A stretch of DNA of 32,323 nt. It comes from Candidatus Methylomirabilia bacterium. Its GTDB lineage: Bacteria; Methylomirabilota; Methylomirabilia; Rokubacteriales; CSP1-6. Positions 8,445 through 16,893 of the stretch are shown one piece after another (the first letter of the stretch is position 1; each line of letters starts with the position of its first letter). Below the pieces are notes generated by a model. That model did no database searches, had not been told where the DNA came from, and saw only the letters and a list, made by a program, of their open reading frames with translations. A program made the position numbers and the translations under genes. The DNA is taken from contig JBGPYK010000002.1 in the NCBI GenBank assembly GCA_041493245.1, positions 1-32,323 of the forward strand. Direction: 5' to 3'.

Positions 8445-10182
8445 CCTTGAGCCGCTGCAGGCGGGTCGTGGTGTCGTCGATCTTCTTCTTCACCCCGTCC
8501 GCAGCCGGGTCGAGCTGCAGGGAGCGTTCCCAGGCGTTGAGCGCCTCCTGCTCGAGGCCGTTCTTGGCGTAGGCGTCACCCAGGTGGTCGTAGAGCACAG
8601 GGTCGGGCTCCCGCGCCTTCTCCACCGCCCGCTTCAGCTCGCGCAGAGCCTCGGGATAGCGACCCTGCTGGTAGTACGCCCACCCGAGGCTGTCGATGAA
8701 GAAGCCGTTCTCGGGCTCGAGCTCGATCGCCTTGCCGATGAGCTGGATCGCCTCGTCGAGGTTCTGACCCCGCTCGGCATACATGTACCCCACGTAGTTG
8801 TAGGCCTCGGCATGTTTGGGATCGAGGGCGATGACGTTGCGGAAGGTGCGCACGGCGTCGTCGAAGTGCGCTTGCTTCTCGTGGACGACGCCGAGCTGGA
8901 ACAGGAGGTCCTTGTTCCGCTCGTCGAGGCTCAGACCTTCCTGCAGCGTGTCGCCCGCGCGATCGTACTGCTTGGCGCGGAAGTAGGCGGTTCCCAGATG
9001 AAGGAACAGCTCCGGCCGCTTCGGTTCAAGGTTGACGGCCTCGCGCAGCACCGCGATGGACTCGTCGTAGCGCTTGGCCCGCCCGTAGAGGAACCCGAGC
9101 TGCACGCGGGCGTCGACCGAGCGCGGGTCGACGCGGAGGATCCCCTCCAGCTCGGCGCGGGCCTCCTCGTCGCGCCCGCCGTCCATGTAGGTCGTGGCCA
9201 GGAAGTAGCGAGCCCGGAGATTCGTCGGTTCCACCGCGAGCGCGCGCCGGAACGCCTCGCTGGCGCGGTCCCACATCTTCTGCTCGTAGTACACCGCGCC
9301 GAGCTTCATCCAGAGCCGCGGGTCCCGCGGCGAGGACTCGGCCAGCGCCTCGATCTCGCTCTGCGCCTCCTTGAAGCGCCCGAGGCGGATGAGCAGGTCG
9401 CTGAGCCGCTCGACGAAGACAGCGTTGTCGGGATTGGCCTGCGCCGCGCGCCGGTACACGTCGAGCGCGCGCTCGGGGTCATGCCGGGCCTCGTACACAA
9501 ACCCCAGCGCCGTCCACGCGGCGTCGAGGTCGGGGTCCAGCGCGATCGCACGGTTGAGCCGCTGGATGGCCTCGTCCCAGGCCTCAGTCTCGATAGCCAG
9601 ACGCCCGAGGAGGAACTCGGCCTGACTGAGCTGCGGGTGGCGCTCGCTGAGCCGTATCAGGATCACGCGCGCCTTGTCGAACGCCTTCTGCTCGACGTAG
9701 TGGCGCGCGAGCGCCAGGTACGCCTCCTCCGCCGACGGGTTGAGGGCGATGACCTTTTCCAGCTCGGCCTCGGCTTCCGGATACTTCTTCTGCACGCGCA
9801 GCAGCTCGGCGAGCGCCAAGTGCGTCGACGGTTGATCTGGAGCCAGCTCGACCGCCCGGCGCGCGGCCGTCACCGCCTGCTCGGGGTTGTCGGTGCGCGC
9901 CAGCCACTGCGCCAGCTCCCGCCACAGGAAGGGCGACTGGGGATCGCGCTTGAGCGCCTCCTCCATCGCGGCCACGGCGTCCTTGAAGCGTCCCGCCTGC
10001 GCGTGATACTGCGCGACGGTGTACTGGTAGTAGGCCTCGGCCGGCGTCTCCACGGGCACGCTGGGCTGCGTCGGTTCGTGCGGCGCGGAACGCGCGGCGG
10101 CGACGGTGTCGGCGGTGGCGCATCCGGCCGCGAGCGAGCCGGCCCACAGCAGGCCCAGCCCTCCGAGCACGCGGAGGGTCAT
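8419..10182 (-). CDS. Tetratricopeptide-repeat lipoprotein
   Basis: MTLRVLGGLGLLWAGSLAAGC (lipobox) is followed by more than 12 TPR-like units with recurrent A..Y..AL..DP... patterns. ATG 10182 is preceded by GAGGTG. The alternative GTG 10197 overlaps the upstream stop. Confidence 0.8.
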   Translation of the reverse strand: MTLRVLGGLGLLWAGSLAAGCATADTVAAARSAPHEPTQPSVPVETPAEAYYQYTVAQYHAQAGRFKDAVAAMEEALKRDPQSPFLWRELAQWLARTDNPEQAVTAARRAVELAPDQPSTHLALAELLRVQKKYPEAEAELEKVIALNPSAEEAYLALARHYVEQKAFDKARVILIRLSERHPQLSQAEFLLGRLAIETEAWDEAIQRLNRAIALDPDLDAAWTALGFVYEARHDPERALDVYRRAAQANPDNAVFVERLSDLLIRLGRFKEAQSEIEALAESSPRDPRLWMKLGAVYYEQKMWDRASEAFRRALAVEPTNLRARYFLATTYMDGGRDEEARAELEGILRVDPRSVDARVQLGFLYGRAKRYDESIAVLREAVNLEPKRPELFLHLGTAYFRAKQYDRAGDTLQEGLSLDERNKDLLFQLGVVHEKQAHFDDAVRTFRNVIALDPKHAEAYNYVGYMYAERGQNLDEAIQLIGKAIELEPENGFFIDSLGWAYYQQGRYPEALRELKRAVEKAREPDPVLYDHLGDAYAKNGLEQEALNAWERSLQLDPAADGVKKKIDDTTTRLQRLKGERPKASQ

Positions 10183-10193
10183 CACCCAGCACC

Positions 10194-10649
10194 TCACGGC
10201 GTGGCGAACCGGCGCGCGGTGCCGAGCAGACGGCGCGCCGCGGCTCGCACGTCGGGATCGGGAATGGGGGCGATGGTCTCGTCGATCTCACGCACATCGT
10301 CGGGCGTGAGCGCGCGCACCGGCGGGCCCGCTGGCGCCGGCGCGGGCCCGCGCCGGGCGTCGAGCCGTCCGAGCGTGAAGCGGAGCGTGCGAACCGTCTC
10401 GAAGCGCTTGCCGAGGCGTGCCGTCAGCTCACCGGCGCGCAGCGTCAGCTCCTGCAGCCAGGGGGAGTTGTCGACGACGACGTGCAGGCATCCATTGGTC
10501 AGGGCGTGCGGCTCGGCGCGCCGCGCCACGTCGGGGCCCACGATGGCGCTCCACGACCGGCGGACGCGATCTTCGACCAGCCGATCCCGTAGCTCGGGCA
10601 CCGCGCTCACGAGCAGGTCTCCGATGGCACGCGGGCCTCGGTGTGTCAC
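10194..10649 (-). CDS. DUF721 domain protein (DciA family, candidate replicative-helicase operator)
   Basis: 151 aa: IGDLLVSAVPELRDRLVEDRVRRSWSAIVGPDVARRAEPHALTNGCLHVVVDNSPWLQELTLRAGELTARL. This fits the DUF721 pattern (W..ivG...a.h..P..l..g.L.V.V.s..W..EL). The start is GTG. Confidence 0.65.
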   Translation of the reverse strand: MTHRGPRAIGDLLVSAVPELRDRLVEDRVRRSWSAIVGPDVARRAEPHALTNGCLHVVVDNSPWLQELTLRAGELTARLGKRFETVRTLRFTLGRLDARRGPAPAPAGPPVRALTPDDVREIDETIAPIPDPDVRAAARRLLGTARRFATP

Positions 10650-10710
10650 AGCCCATTATCATACTCCCCGCGCCACGACGGTGGCCAGCGGCCCACAGTG
10701 GCGGGCCAAA

Positions 10711-10739
10711 TTGACTCGTCCCGGACCCCACTTTATAGT
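10711..10739 (+). promoter_or_regulatory. Near-consensus sigma70 promoter for rlmD (TTGACT-N17-TATAGT)
   Basis: TTGACT lies at 10711-10716, followed by a 17-nt spacer and TATAGT at 10734-10739. The ATG is at 10750, only 10 nt after the -10 element, and there is no SD. Confidence 0.6.
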
Positions 10740-10749
10740 GGCCTCTCAC

Positions 10750-12117
10750 ATGGCAAAACCGCGCCGTGGGGATCGCCTTGAGGTGACGATCGACGACCTC
10801 GCATTCGGCGGGGAAGGCGTTGGCCGTCTCGACGGGTACGTGATGTTCGTGCGGGGCGGGCTGCCGGGGGATCGGCTGCGGGTGCAGGTCACGGAGACGC
10901 GCGCGCGCTACGGACGCGGGGTGATCGAGGAGGTCCTGGCGCGTTCCCCTCACCGCGTCGAGGCGCCCTGTCCCTACTTCGGGCGGTGCGGGGGCTGCCG
11001 CCTCCAGCACCTCGCCTATCCCGCGCAGCTCGCGTTCAAGGAAAAGCAGGTCCGCGATTGCCTCGAACGGCTCGGCGACCTCGGTGGCTTCGATCTCCGT
11101 CCCATCCTCCCGGCGCCGGATCCCTACGGCTACCGGAACAAGATGGAGTTCACGGTGGCGGAGACGGCGGGAGAGCCTGTCATCGGCCTGCACGAGGCCG
11201 CCCGGTACGACGCTGTCCTCGACATCGAGCGGTGCCTGCTCCAGTCGGAGACGATGAACACGCTGCTCGACGAGGTGCGGCGCCAGGTGCGTGGCCGGCG
11301 GCTGCCGGTCTGGAACGGCCTCACCGAGCAGGGACTACTGCGCTTCGTGACGCTGCGCGAGGGGCGGCGGACCGGCGACGCCATGGTCAACATCGTCGCC
11401 GCGTCGCCTGATCTGGAAACCTTCGGACCCGTGGCCGAGTGCCTGAAGGCGCAGGTTCCGGCGACCGCGAGCGTCGTCCTCAACGTCAACGCCAAGAAGG
11501 CGAGCGTCGCCGTGGGGACCGAGGAGCACGTCCTGCTGGGGCGGGATCACATCACGGAGTCGCTCGGGGGCGTGACGTTCCAGGTCTCCGCCAACTCCTT
11601 TTTCCAGACGAATACCATCCAGGCCGAGCGCCTGTTCGCGCTGGTCGAGGCGGCGTGTGAGCTGCGGGGTGAGGATACGATCGTCGATCTCTACTCGGGG
11701 ACGGGCGCCATCAGCCTGCTGCTGGCTCGACGCTGCCGCCGCGTCTACGGCATCGAGGTCGCCCCGGCGGCGGTGGCCGACGCCGTCCGCAACGCCCACG
11801 CCAACGGGATCGACAACTGCACCTTCCTGTCCGGAGAGGTCCGGCACGTGCTGCCCGCGCTCATCACCGAGGGGGTGCAGGCGGAGACCGTCGTGGCCGA
11901 TCCGCCGCGCGCCGGCTTCCATCCCAAGGCCTTGCAGGCGCTCGCCGCGCTCGCGCCCGCGCGCATTGTCTACGTCTCCTGCAATCCCTCCACGCTCGCG
12001 CGCGACGTCTCAGACCTGACGCGGCGGGGCTATCGCCTCGAGTGGGTCCAGCCCGTCGACATGTTCCCACAGACGCCGCACATCGAGGCCGTCGCCCGTC
12101 TCCGCCGGGCGGCATGA
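10750..12117 (+). CDS. rlmD: 23S rRNA (uracil-C5)-methyltransferase, RumA/RlmD family (TRAM + 4Fe-4S + SAM MTase)
   Basis: MAKPRRGDRLEVTIDDLAFGGEGVGRLDGYVMFVRGGLPGDRLRV is the TRAM domain. CPYFGRCGGCRLQH is the Fe-S cysteine cluster. DLYSGTGAISL, ADPPRAG and the YVSCNPSTLARD motif follow. It forms the 3' part of the artefactual 1327-aa track ORF. Confidence 0.88.
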   Translation: MAKPRRGDRLEVTIDDLAFGGEGVGRLDGYVMFVRGGLPGDRLRVQVTETRARYGRGVIEEVLARSPHRVEAPCPYFGRCGGCRLQHLAYPAQLAFKEKQVRDCLERLGDLGGFDLRPILPAPDPYGYRNKMEFTVAETAGEPVIGLHEAARYDAVLDIERCLLQSETMNTLLDEVRRQVRGRRLPVWNGLTEQGLLRFVTLREGRRTGDAMVNIVAASPDLETFGPVAECLKAQVPATASVVLNVNAKKASVAVGTEEHVLLGRDHITESLGGVTFQVSANSFFQTNTIQAERLFALVEAACELRGEDTIVDLYSGTGAISLLLARRCRRVYGIEVAPAAVADAVRNAHANGIDNCTFLSGEVRHVLPALITEGVQAETVVADPPRAGFHPKALQALAALAPARIVYVSCNPSTLARDVSDLTRRGYRLEWVQPVDMFPQTPHIEAVARLRRAA

Positions 12118-13031
12118 CGGCCTACCTCCTCCGCCGGCTCGCCCAGTCCGTTCTCGTCCTGCTCGGCGTCTCGTTCGTCGTCTTCTTCATCCTGTACCTG
12201 ACGGGTGATCCCGCCCTCCTACTCTTGCCGCCCGACGCCACCGCAGAGGACATCCAGAAGTTCCGCGAGTCGATGGGGTTCAACGACCCCTTCCTGGTTC
12301 AGTACGGCCGGTTCCTCGGGGGCGCGCTCCGGGGCGACTTTGGCCAGTCGGTGCGCCACGGTGAGCCGGCATTCCGCCTGGTCGTCGAGCGGCTGCCGGC
12401 CACCTTCGAGCTGTCGGGGGCGGCGCTCCTCGTCGCGCTCCTCCTGGCCATCCCCGCCGGTGTCGTTTCCGCCGTCCGGCGAAACACCGCGCTCGACTAC
12501 GTCGCGACGGTCGTCGCCCTGCTCGGGCAATCGATGCCGACCTTCTGGCTGGGCATCATGCTCATCCTGATCTTCTCGGTGCAGTTCAACGTCCTGCCGT
12601 CGTCGGGCCGGGGCGGGCTCGAGCACCTCGTCCTGCCCGCCGTGACGCTCGGGCTCTTCACCACGGCCCGCATCACCCGGCTCACCCGCTCGGGGATGCT
12701 CGAGGTCCTGAACCAGGACTACATCCGCACGGCGCGGGCGAAGGGCGTGAGCGGACGTCCCGTCGTCTGGAAGCACGCGTTCAAGAACGCCGCGATCCCC
12801 ATCGTCACCATCGTGGGGATCGAGCTGGGAACCCTGCTCGGCGGGTCGGTGATTACGGAGACGATCTTCGCCTGGCCGGGCGTCGGCCGGCTGTCGGTGC
12901 AGGCGATCTATAATCGGGACTACCCGGTTGTGCAGGCCGCCGTCTTCCTTCTCGCATCGACCTTCGTCCTCGTCAACCTCGTCGTCGACGTCCTCTACAC
13001 GTACCTCGACCCCCGCATCCGGCTGAGATGA
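12114..13031 (+). CDS. ABC transporter permease, DppB/OppB type (peptide/nickel family)
   Basis: MTAYLLRRLAQSVLVLLGVSFVVFFILYLTGDP...YIRTARAKGVS...LYTYLDPRIRL are typical DppB/OppB motifs. The ATG overlaps the rlmD stop (ATGA at 12114-12117). Confidence 0.88.
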   Translation: MTAYLLRRLAQSVLVLLGVSFVVFFILYLTGDPALLLLPPDATAEDIQKFRESMGFNDPFLVQYGRFLGGALRGDFGQSVRHGEPAFRLVVERLPATFELSGAALLVALLLAIPAGVVSAVRRNTALDYVATVVALLGQSMPTFWLGIMLILIFSVQFNVLPSSGRGGLEHLVLPAVTLGLFTTARITRLTRSGMLEVLNQDYIRTARAKGVSGRPVVWKHAFKNAAIPIVTIVGIELGTLLGGSVITETIFAWPGVGRLSVQAIYNRDYPVVQAAVFLLASTFVLVNLVVDVLYTYLDPRIRLR

Positions 13032-13954
13032 GCGACGCGCGTCCGATCAACAACGCGTCGGGGCGGCTGGTGCTCGCGCGCGAACCCCCGACCCCGACGC
13101 GCGAGTGGCTGGTCCTCGGCCGCCGGCTCGCGCGACGGCGCACAGCGCTCTTCGGGCTGGTCGTGGTCGCGCTCGTGGTGGCAACGGCGCTGGCCGCGCC
13201 GTGGCTCTCCCCCTTCGATCCCATCGCTCAGGACATTGGTCATCGCCTGAAGCCGCCGGGGTGGCTGGACGCGGCGGGGCGCCTCCACCCGCTCGGCACC
13301 GACCACCTCGGACGCGACCTGCTCGCCCGCGTCATCTTCGGCGCGCAGCCGGCGCTGCTCGTCGGCTTCGCCGCAGTGATGATCTCGGGCGTGCTCGGGA
13401 TGGTCACGGGGCTGCTGGGCGGCTATTTCGGCGGGCGCGTCGACGACGTGCTCATGCGCCTGGCCGACGTCCAGCTCGCGTTCCCGTTCATCCTCCTCGC
13501 GATCGCCGTCATCGGCGTGCTGGGACCGAGCCTGCCCACGATCATCGTCGTCATCGGCGTGTCGAGCTGGGTCGTCTACGCGCGCGTCGTGCGGGCGGCG
13601 GTGCTCGTGCTCCGCGAGCGCGAATTCGTCCAGGCCGCCCAGGCACTCGGCGGGGGTGACGGCCGCATCCTCGTCCGTCATATCCTGCCCAACGCGTTCG
13701 CCCCCTGGCTCGTCGTGGCCACGCTCGACATGGCGCGGGTCATCGTCCTCGAGTCCGCGCTGTCGTTCCTGGGCCTTGGCGTGCAGCCGCCGACGCCCAC
13801 GTGGGGCGGCATGCTGGCCGACGGCCGGGTCTACCTCACGACGGCGTGGTGGCTGGCGACCTTCCCGGGGCTCGCGATCCTCGTGACCGTCCTCGGCATC
13901 AACCTGTTCGGGGACGGGCTGCGGGATACGCTGGATCCGCGTCTGAAGATCTGA
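13028..13954 (+). CDS. ABC transporter permease, DppC/OppC type
   Basis: 308 aa: ...HPLGTDHLGRDLLARVIFG...REREFVQAAQALGG...LRDTLDPRLK. The ATG overlaps the upstream stop (ATGA at 13028-13031). Confidence 0.88.
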   Translation: MSDARPINNASGRLVLAREPPTPTREWLVLGRRLARRRTALFGLVVVALVVATALAAPWLSPFDPIAQDIGHRLKPPGWLDAAGRLHPLGTDHLGRDLLARVIFGAQPALLVGFAAVMISGVLGMVTGLLGGYFGGRVDDVLMRLADVQLAFPFILLAIAVIGVLGPSLPTIIVVIGVSSWVVYARVVRAAVLVLREREFVQAAQALGGGDGRILVRHILPNAFAPWLVVATLDMARVIVLESALSFLGLGVQPPTPTWGGMLADGRVYLTTAWWLATFPGLAILVTVLGINLFGDGLRDTLDPRLKI

Positions 13955-14381
13955 CGCGGTTGCCGCGCCGTCCGCGGGCGGCGAGCACCGCCAGCGTCGC
14001 GCCCACGGCGTCGATCATGACGTCCCCGGCGCTCGCCGTGCGCGAGGGGATCGTCCCCTGGTGGGCCTCGTCCAGGACGGCCCAGACCACGCTGACGGCG
14101 AGGGCGACCCACGCGCTGGGCGCCGGGGTCAGGCGCCGTTCACCGACGAGGCCACGGAACCAGAGGGCGGCGAGGATCGCGTACTCCGTCAGGTGGCCGA
14201 GCTTCCGCACGAGCGCGTGGAGCAAGGCGATCTGGTCGGGCGTGGCCCAGGGAAAGAGCCAAGTCATGACCGGGATTAAGATGCTCGCGCTGTGCTCGCC
14301 GCTGCCCACGTCAGACGACATCACCCAGATGAGCGCCATCCACCCGAGTGCGGGAAGCCAGTACCGCGCGAAGGCTTTCAC
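13899..14381 (-). CDS. VanZ-family membrane protein
   Basis: (V)KAFARYWLPALGWMALIWVMSSD...HALVRKLGHLTEYAILAALW...VLDEAHQGTIPSRTASAGDVMIDAVGA fits the VanZ-like pattern. I chose the GTG at 14381. The track ORF extends further upstream with an Arg/Pro-rich sequence that does not look like protein. Its 3' end overlaps dppC by 56 nt in convergent orientation. Confidence 0.7.
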   Translation of the reverse strand: MKAFARYWLPALGWMALIWVMSSDVGSGEHSASILIPVMTWLFPWATPDQIALLHALVRKLGHLTEYAILAALWFRGLVGERRLTPAPSAWVALAVSVVWAVLDEAHQGTIPSRTASAGDVMIDAVGATLAVLAARGRRGNRVRSSDADPAYPAARPRTG

Positions 14382-14538
14382 CGGGTGGTAAGGAACGGGT
14401 CGCTCTGGATGAGCGCGGCGTCGACGGTGTGCGGAGGTCGGGGTTCGTTCGGCACGGTGATCGGCGGCCGGCCCGGGGCACCGGCCGCCTCGTGAGGTCG
14501 ATTCTAGCAGACGGGGCGGGGCGGTCCTCCGTGATAGA

Positions 14539-16893
14539 GTGGCGCCGATGCTCGGCGAGATCCTCGACGATCTCCTGACCTCGCGGTCGACTGGGCCGTG
14601 CATCACCGCGATGCGGCACTTCCCGGCCCGCCCCCCGGTGCTCGCGTCCTTTCCGCCGGGGCTCGATCCCCGACTCATCGCGGCGCTGAGGACGCGAGGC
14701 ATCGAGCATCTCTACTCCCACCAGGCGCGCTGCTGCGAGCTGGTCGAGAAGGGCCATTCGCTGGTCGTCGTCACGCCCACGGCTTCCGGCAAGACGCTGT
14801 GCTACAACCTGCCGGTGCTCCAGGCGCTGCTCGAGCGGCCCGACGCGCGGGTCCTCTATCTCTTCCCCACGAAGGCGCTGGCCCAGGACCAGCTCGCCGA
14901 GCTCGAGGCGCTGGCCAAGAGCCTGCCCGATCTGAGGATGTTCACCTACGACGGGGACACCCCGCAGGACGCGCGCCGCGCCGTCCGGGCCCGCGCCAAC
15001 CTCGTCCTCACCAACCCCGACATGCTGCACTCCGGCGTCCTGCCTCACCACACGAAGTGGGCCGTCCTCTTCCAGAACCTCCGCTACGTCGTGATCGACG
15101 AGCTCCACGCTTACCGCGGCGTTTTCGGCAGTCACTTGGCCAATCTCGTGCGCCGTCTCCGCCGTCTCTGCCGGCACTACGGCTCGGCGCCGCAGTTCAT
15201 CATGGCCTCCGCGACCATCGGCAATCCGCGCGAGCTGGCCGAGCGCATCATCGGCGAGAGCGTCGAGGAGGTCGCGGAGAGCGGCGCCCCCACCGGTGAC
15301 AAGCTGTTCCTCTGCTACAACCCGCCCGTCGTCAATCCCGAGCTGGGGATCCGGGCGCCGTACCTCGGCGAGGCTGCCACCATCGCCGTGCGGTTCCTCC
15401 GGGAGCGGATCCCGACGATCGTGTTCGCGCAGAGCCGCCTGTCGACCGAGGTGCTGCTGGGGACGATCAAGGGCGGCGTCGCAGACAAGACAGGGGACAG
15501 CGGGATCGTCCGGGGCTACCGCGGCGGATACCTGCCGACGCGCCGGCGGGCGGTGGAGCAGGGGCTGCGCGCCGGCGAGGTGCTGGGCGTCGTGTCGACC
15601 AACGCGCTCGAGCTCGGCGTGGACATCGGCCATCTGGACGCCGCCGTGCTCGCCGGCTACCCAGGGACCATCGCCTCGCTGTGGCAGCAGGCGGGGCGCG
15701 CCGGGCGCCGCTCCGGCTCCTCCGCGGCGGTGTTCGTGGCGAGCAGCGCGCCGCTCGACCAGTTCATGGCCACCCACCCCGACTACCTCTTCGGCACGCC
15801 GCCCGAGCACGCGCGCATCAACCCCGACAACCCCTTCATCCTCGTGAATCACCTCAAGTGCGCGGCCTTCGAGCTGCCCTTCGAGGCGGAGGGACGCTTC
15901 GGGGACGTGGACGTGCGCCGCGAGCTGGCTGCCCTGGAGGACGAAGGACTTCTGCACCGCGCCGGTAGCCGCTGGCACTGGGCGTCGGAGACGTACCCCG
16001 CCGATCACGTGTCGCTGCGGACGGTCACCACCGACAACTTCCTCGTCATCGACACGACCGCCCGCGACGAGAAGCAGACGAAGCGGCGCCAGATCATCGC
16101 CGAAGTCGACTGGAGCAGCGCCTTCGCCACCGTCTATCCCAAGGCCATCTACCTCGTGGAGAGCGAGCCCTTCGAGGTTCAGGAGCTGCACTTTCGCGAG
16201 GACGAGGAGAAGGTCGCCTACGTCAAACGGGTGAGCGTCGACTACTTCACCGACGCCGTCAGCGCCAAGGGTGTGTGGATCCTGCGGCGGCTCGTCGATC
16301 GCGAACACCCGGCGTACGTGGCCGAGCAGGGCGAGGTGCTCGTGGCGGAGAAGGTCGTCGGGTTCAAGAAGATCAAGATGGGCACGCTCGAGAACGTGGG
16401 CTCGGGGGAGGTCGAGCTGCCGCAGCAGGAGATGCAGACGACGAGCGCATGGCTGAGCGTGCCGTCCGAGACGCTGGCCCGAGTCAGCCGCTCGCGGGAG
16501 GAGTTGATCGACGGTCTCCGCGCCGTGACATACCTCCTGCATCATCTCGCGCCGATCTTCCTGCTCTGCGACGTGCGTGATCTTGGCTCGTGGCTGGGAG
16601 ACACGACCCCCGTGGAGACCGGGGTGGTGGCGACGCGCGAGTCGGCCCGGCGCCGGCTGCTCGACGCCGAGCAGTTCACGCCCACCATCTATCTCTACGA
16701 CTCCCACGCGGGCGGCATCGGCCTGGCCGAGCGTGTCTTCGACGTGCTCCCGCAGCTCCTCCGCCACGGGCTCGACACGCTCCAGGCGTGCGCATGCGCC
16801 TGGGGCTGCCCCTCGTGCGTGGGGCCGGTCAACGAGGTCGGTCGCCGCGCGAAGGCGACCGCTTCCGCCCTGCTCCGTGCCCTCACCGGCTGA
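14539..16893 (+). CDS. DExH-box helicase with C-terminal DUF1998 zinc module (MrfA/YprA-like)
   Basis: Helicase motifs are present: TPTASGKT (I), VIDELHAYRG (II, DExH), MASAT (III), VSTNALELGVDIG (V) and QQAGRAGRR (VI). The C-terminal YLYDSHAGGIGLAE...CACAWGCPSCVGP is the DUF1998/MrfA_Zn four-Cys module. The start is GTG 14539 or ATG 14548. Confidence 0.85.
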   Translation: MAPMLGEILDDLLTSRSTGPCITAMRHFPARPPVLASFPPGLDPRLIAALRTRGIEHLYSHQARCCELVEKGHSLVVVTPTASGKTLCYNLPVLQALLERPDARVLYLFPTKALAQDQLAELEALAKSLPDLRMFTYDGDTPQDARRAVRARANLVLTNPDMLHSGVLPHHTKWAVLFQNLRYVVIDELHAYRGVFGSHLANLVRRLRRLCRHYGSAPQFIMASATIGNPRELAERIIGESVEEVAESGAPTGDKLFLCYNPPVVNPELGIRAPYLGEAATIAVRFLRERIPTIVFAQSRLSTEVLLGTIKGGVADKTGDSGIVRGYRGGYLPTRRRAVEQGLRAGEVLGVVSTNALELGVDIGHLDAAVLAGYPGTIASLWQQAGRAGRRSGSSAAVFVASSAPLDQFMATHPDYLFGTPPEHARINPDNPFILVNHLKCAAFELPFEAEGRFGDVDVRRELAALEDEGLLHRAGSRWHWASETYPADHVSLRTVTTDNFLVIDTTARDEKQTKRRQIIAEVDWSSAFATVYPKAIYLVESEPFEVQELHFREDEEKVAYVKRVSVDYFTDAVSAKGVWILRRLVDREHPAYVAEQGEVLVAEKVVGFKKIKMGTLENVGSGEVELPQQEMQTTSAWLSVPSETLARVSRSREELIDGLRAVTYLLHHLAPIFLLCDVRDLGSWLGDTTPVETGVVATRESARRRLLDAEQFTPTIYLYDSHAGGIGLAERVFDVLPQLLRHGLDTLQACACAWGCPSCVGPVNEVGRRAKATASALLRALTG

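Noticed and set aside
8134-10749. N-terminal 870 codons of the 1327-aa plus-strand ORF
   Set aside because: Only the last 455 codons (from ATG 10750) are RlmD. The upstream part is antisense to the LolB-like, TPR and DUF721 genes and crosses a consensus promoter.
10650-10749. Divergent gap at the coding-strand switch as a possible oriC
   Set aside because: It is only 100 bp, has no convincing DnaA boxes and no AT-rich unwinding element. Two promoters fully account for it.
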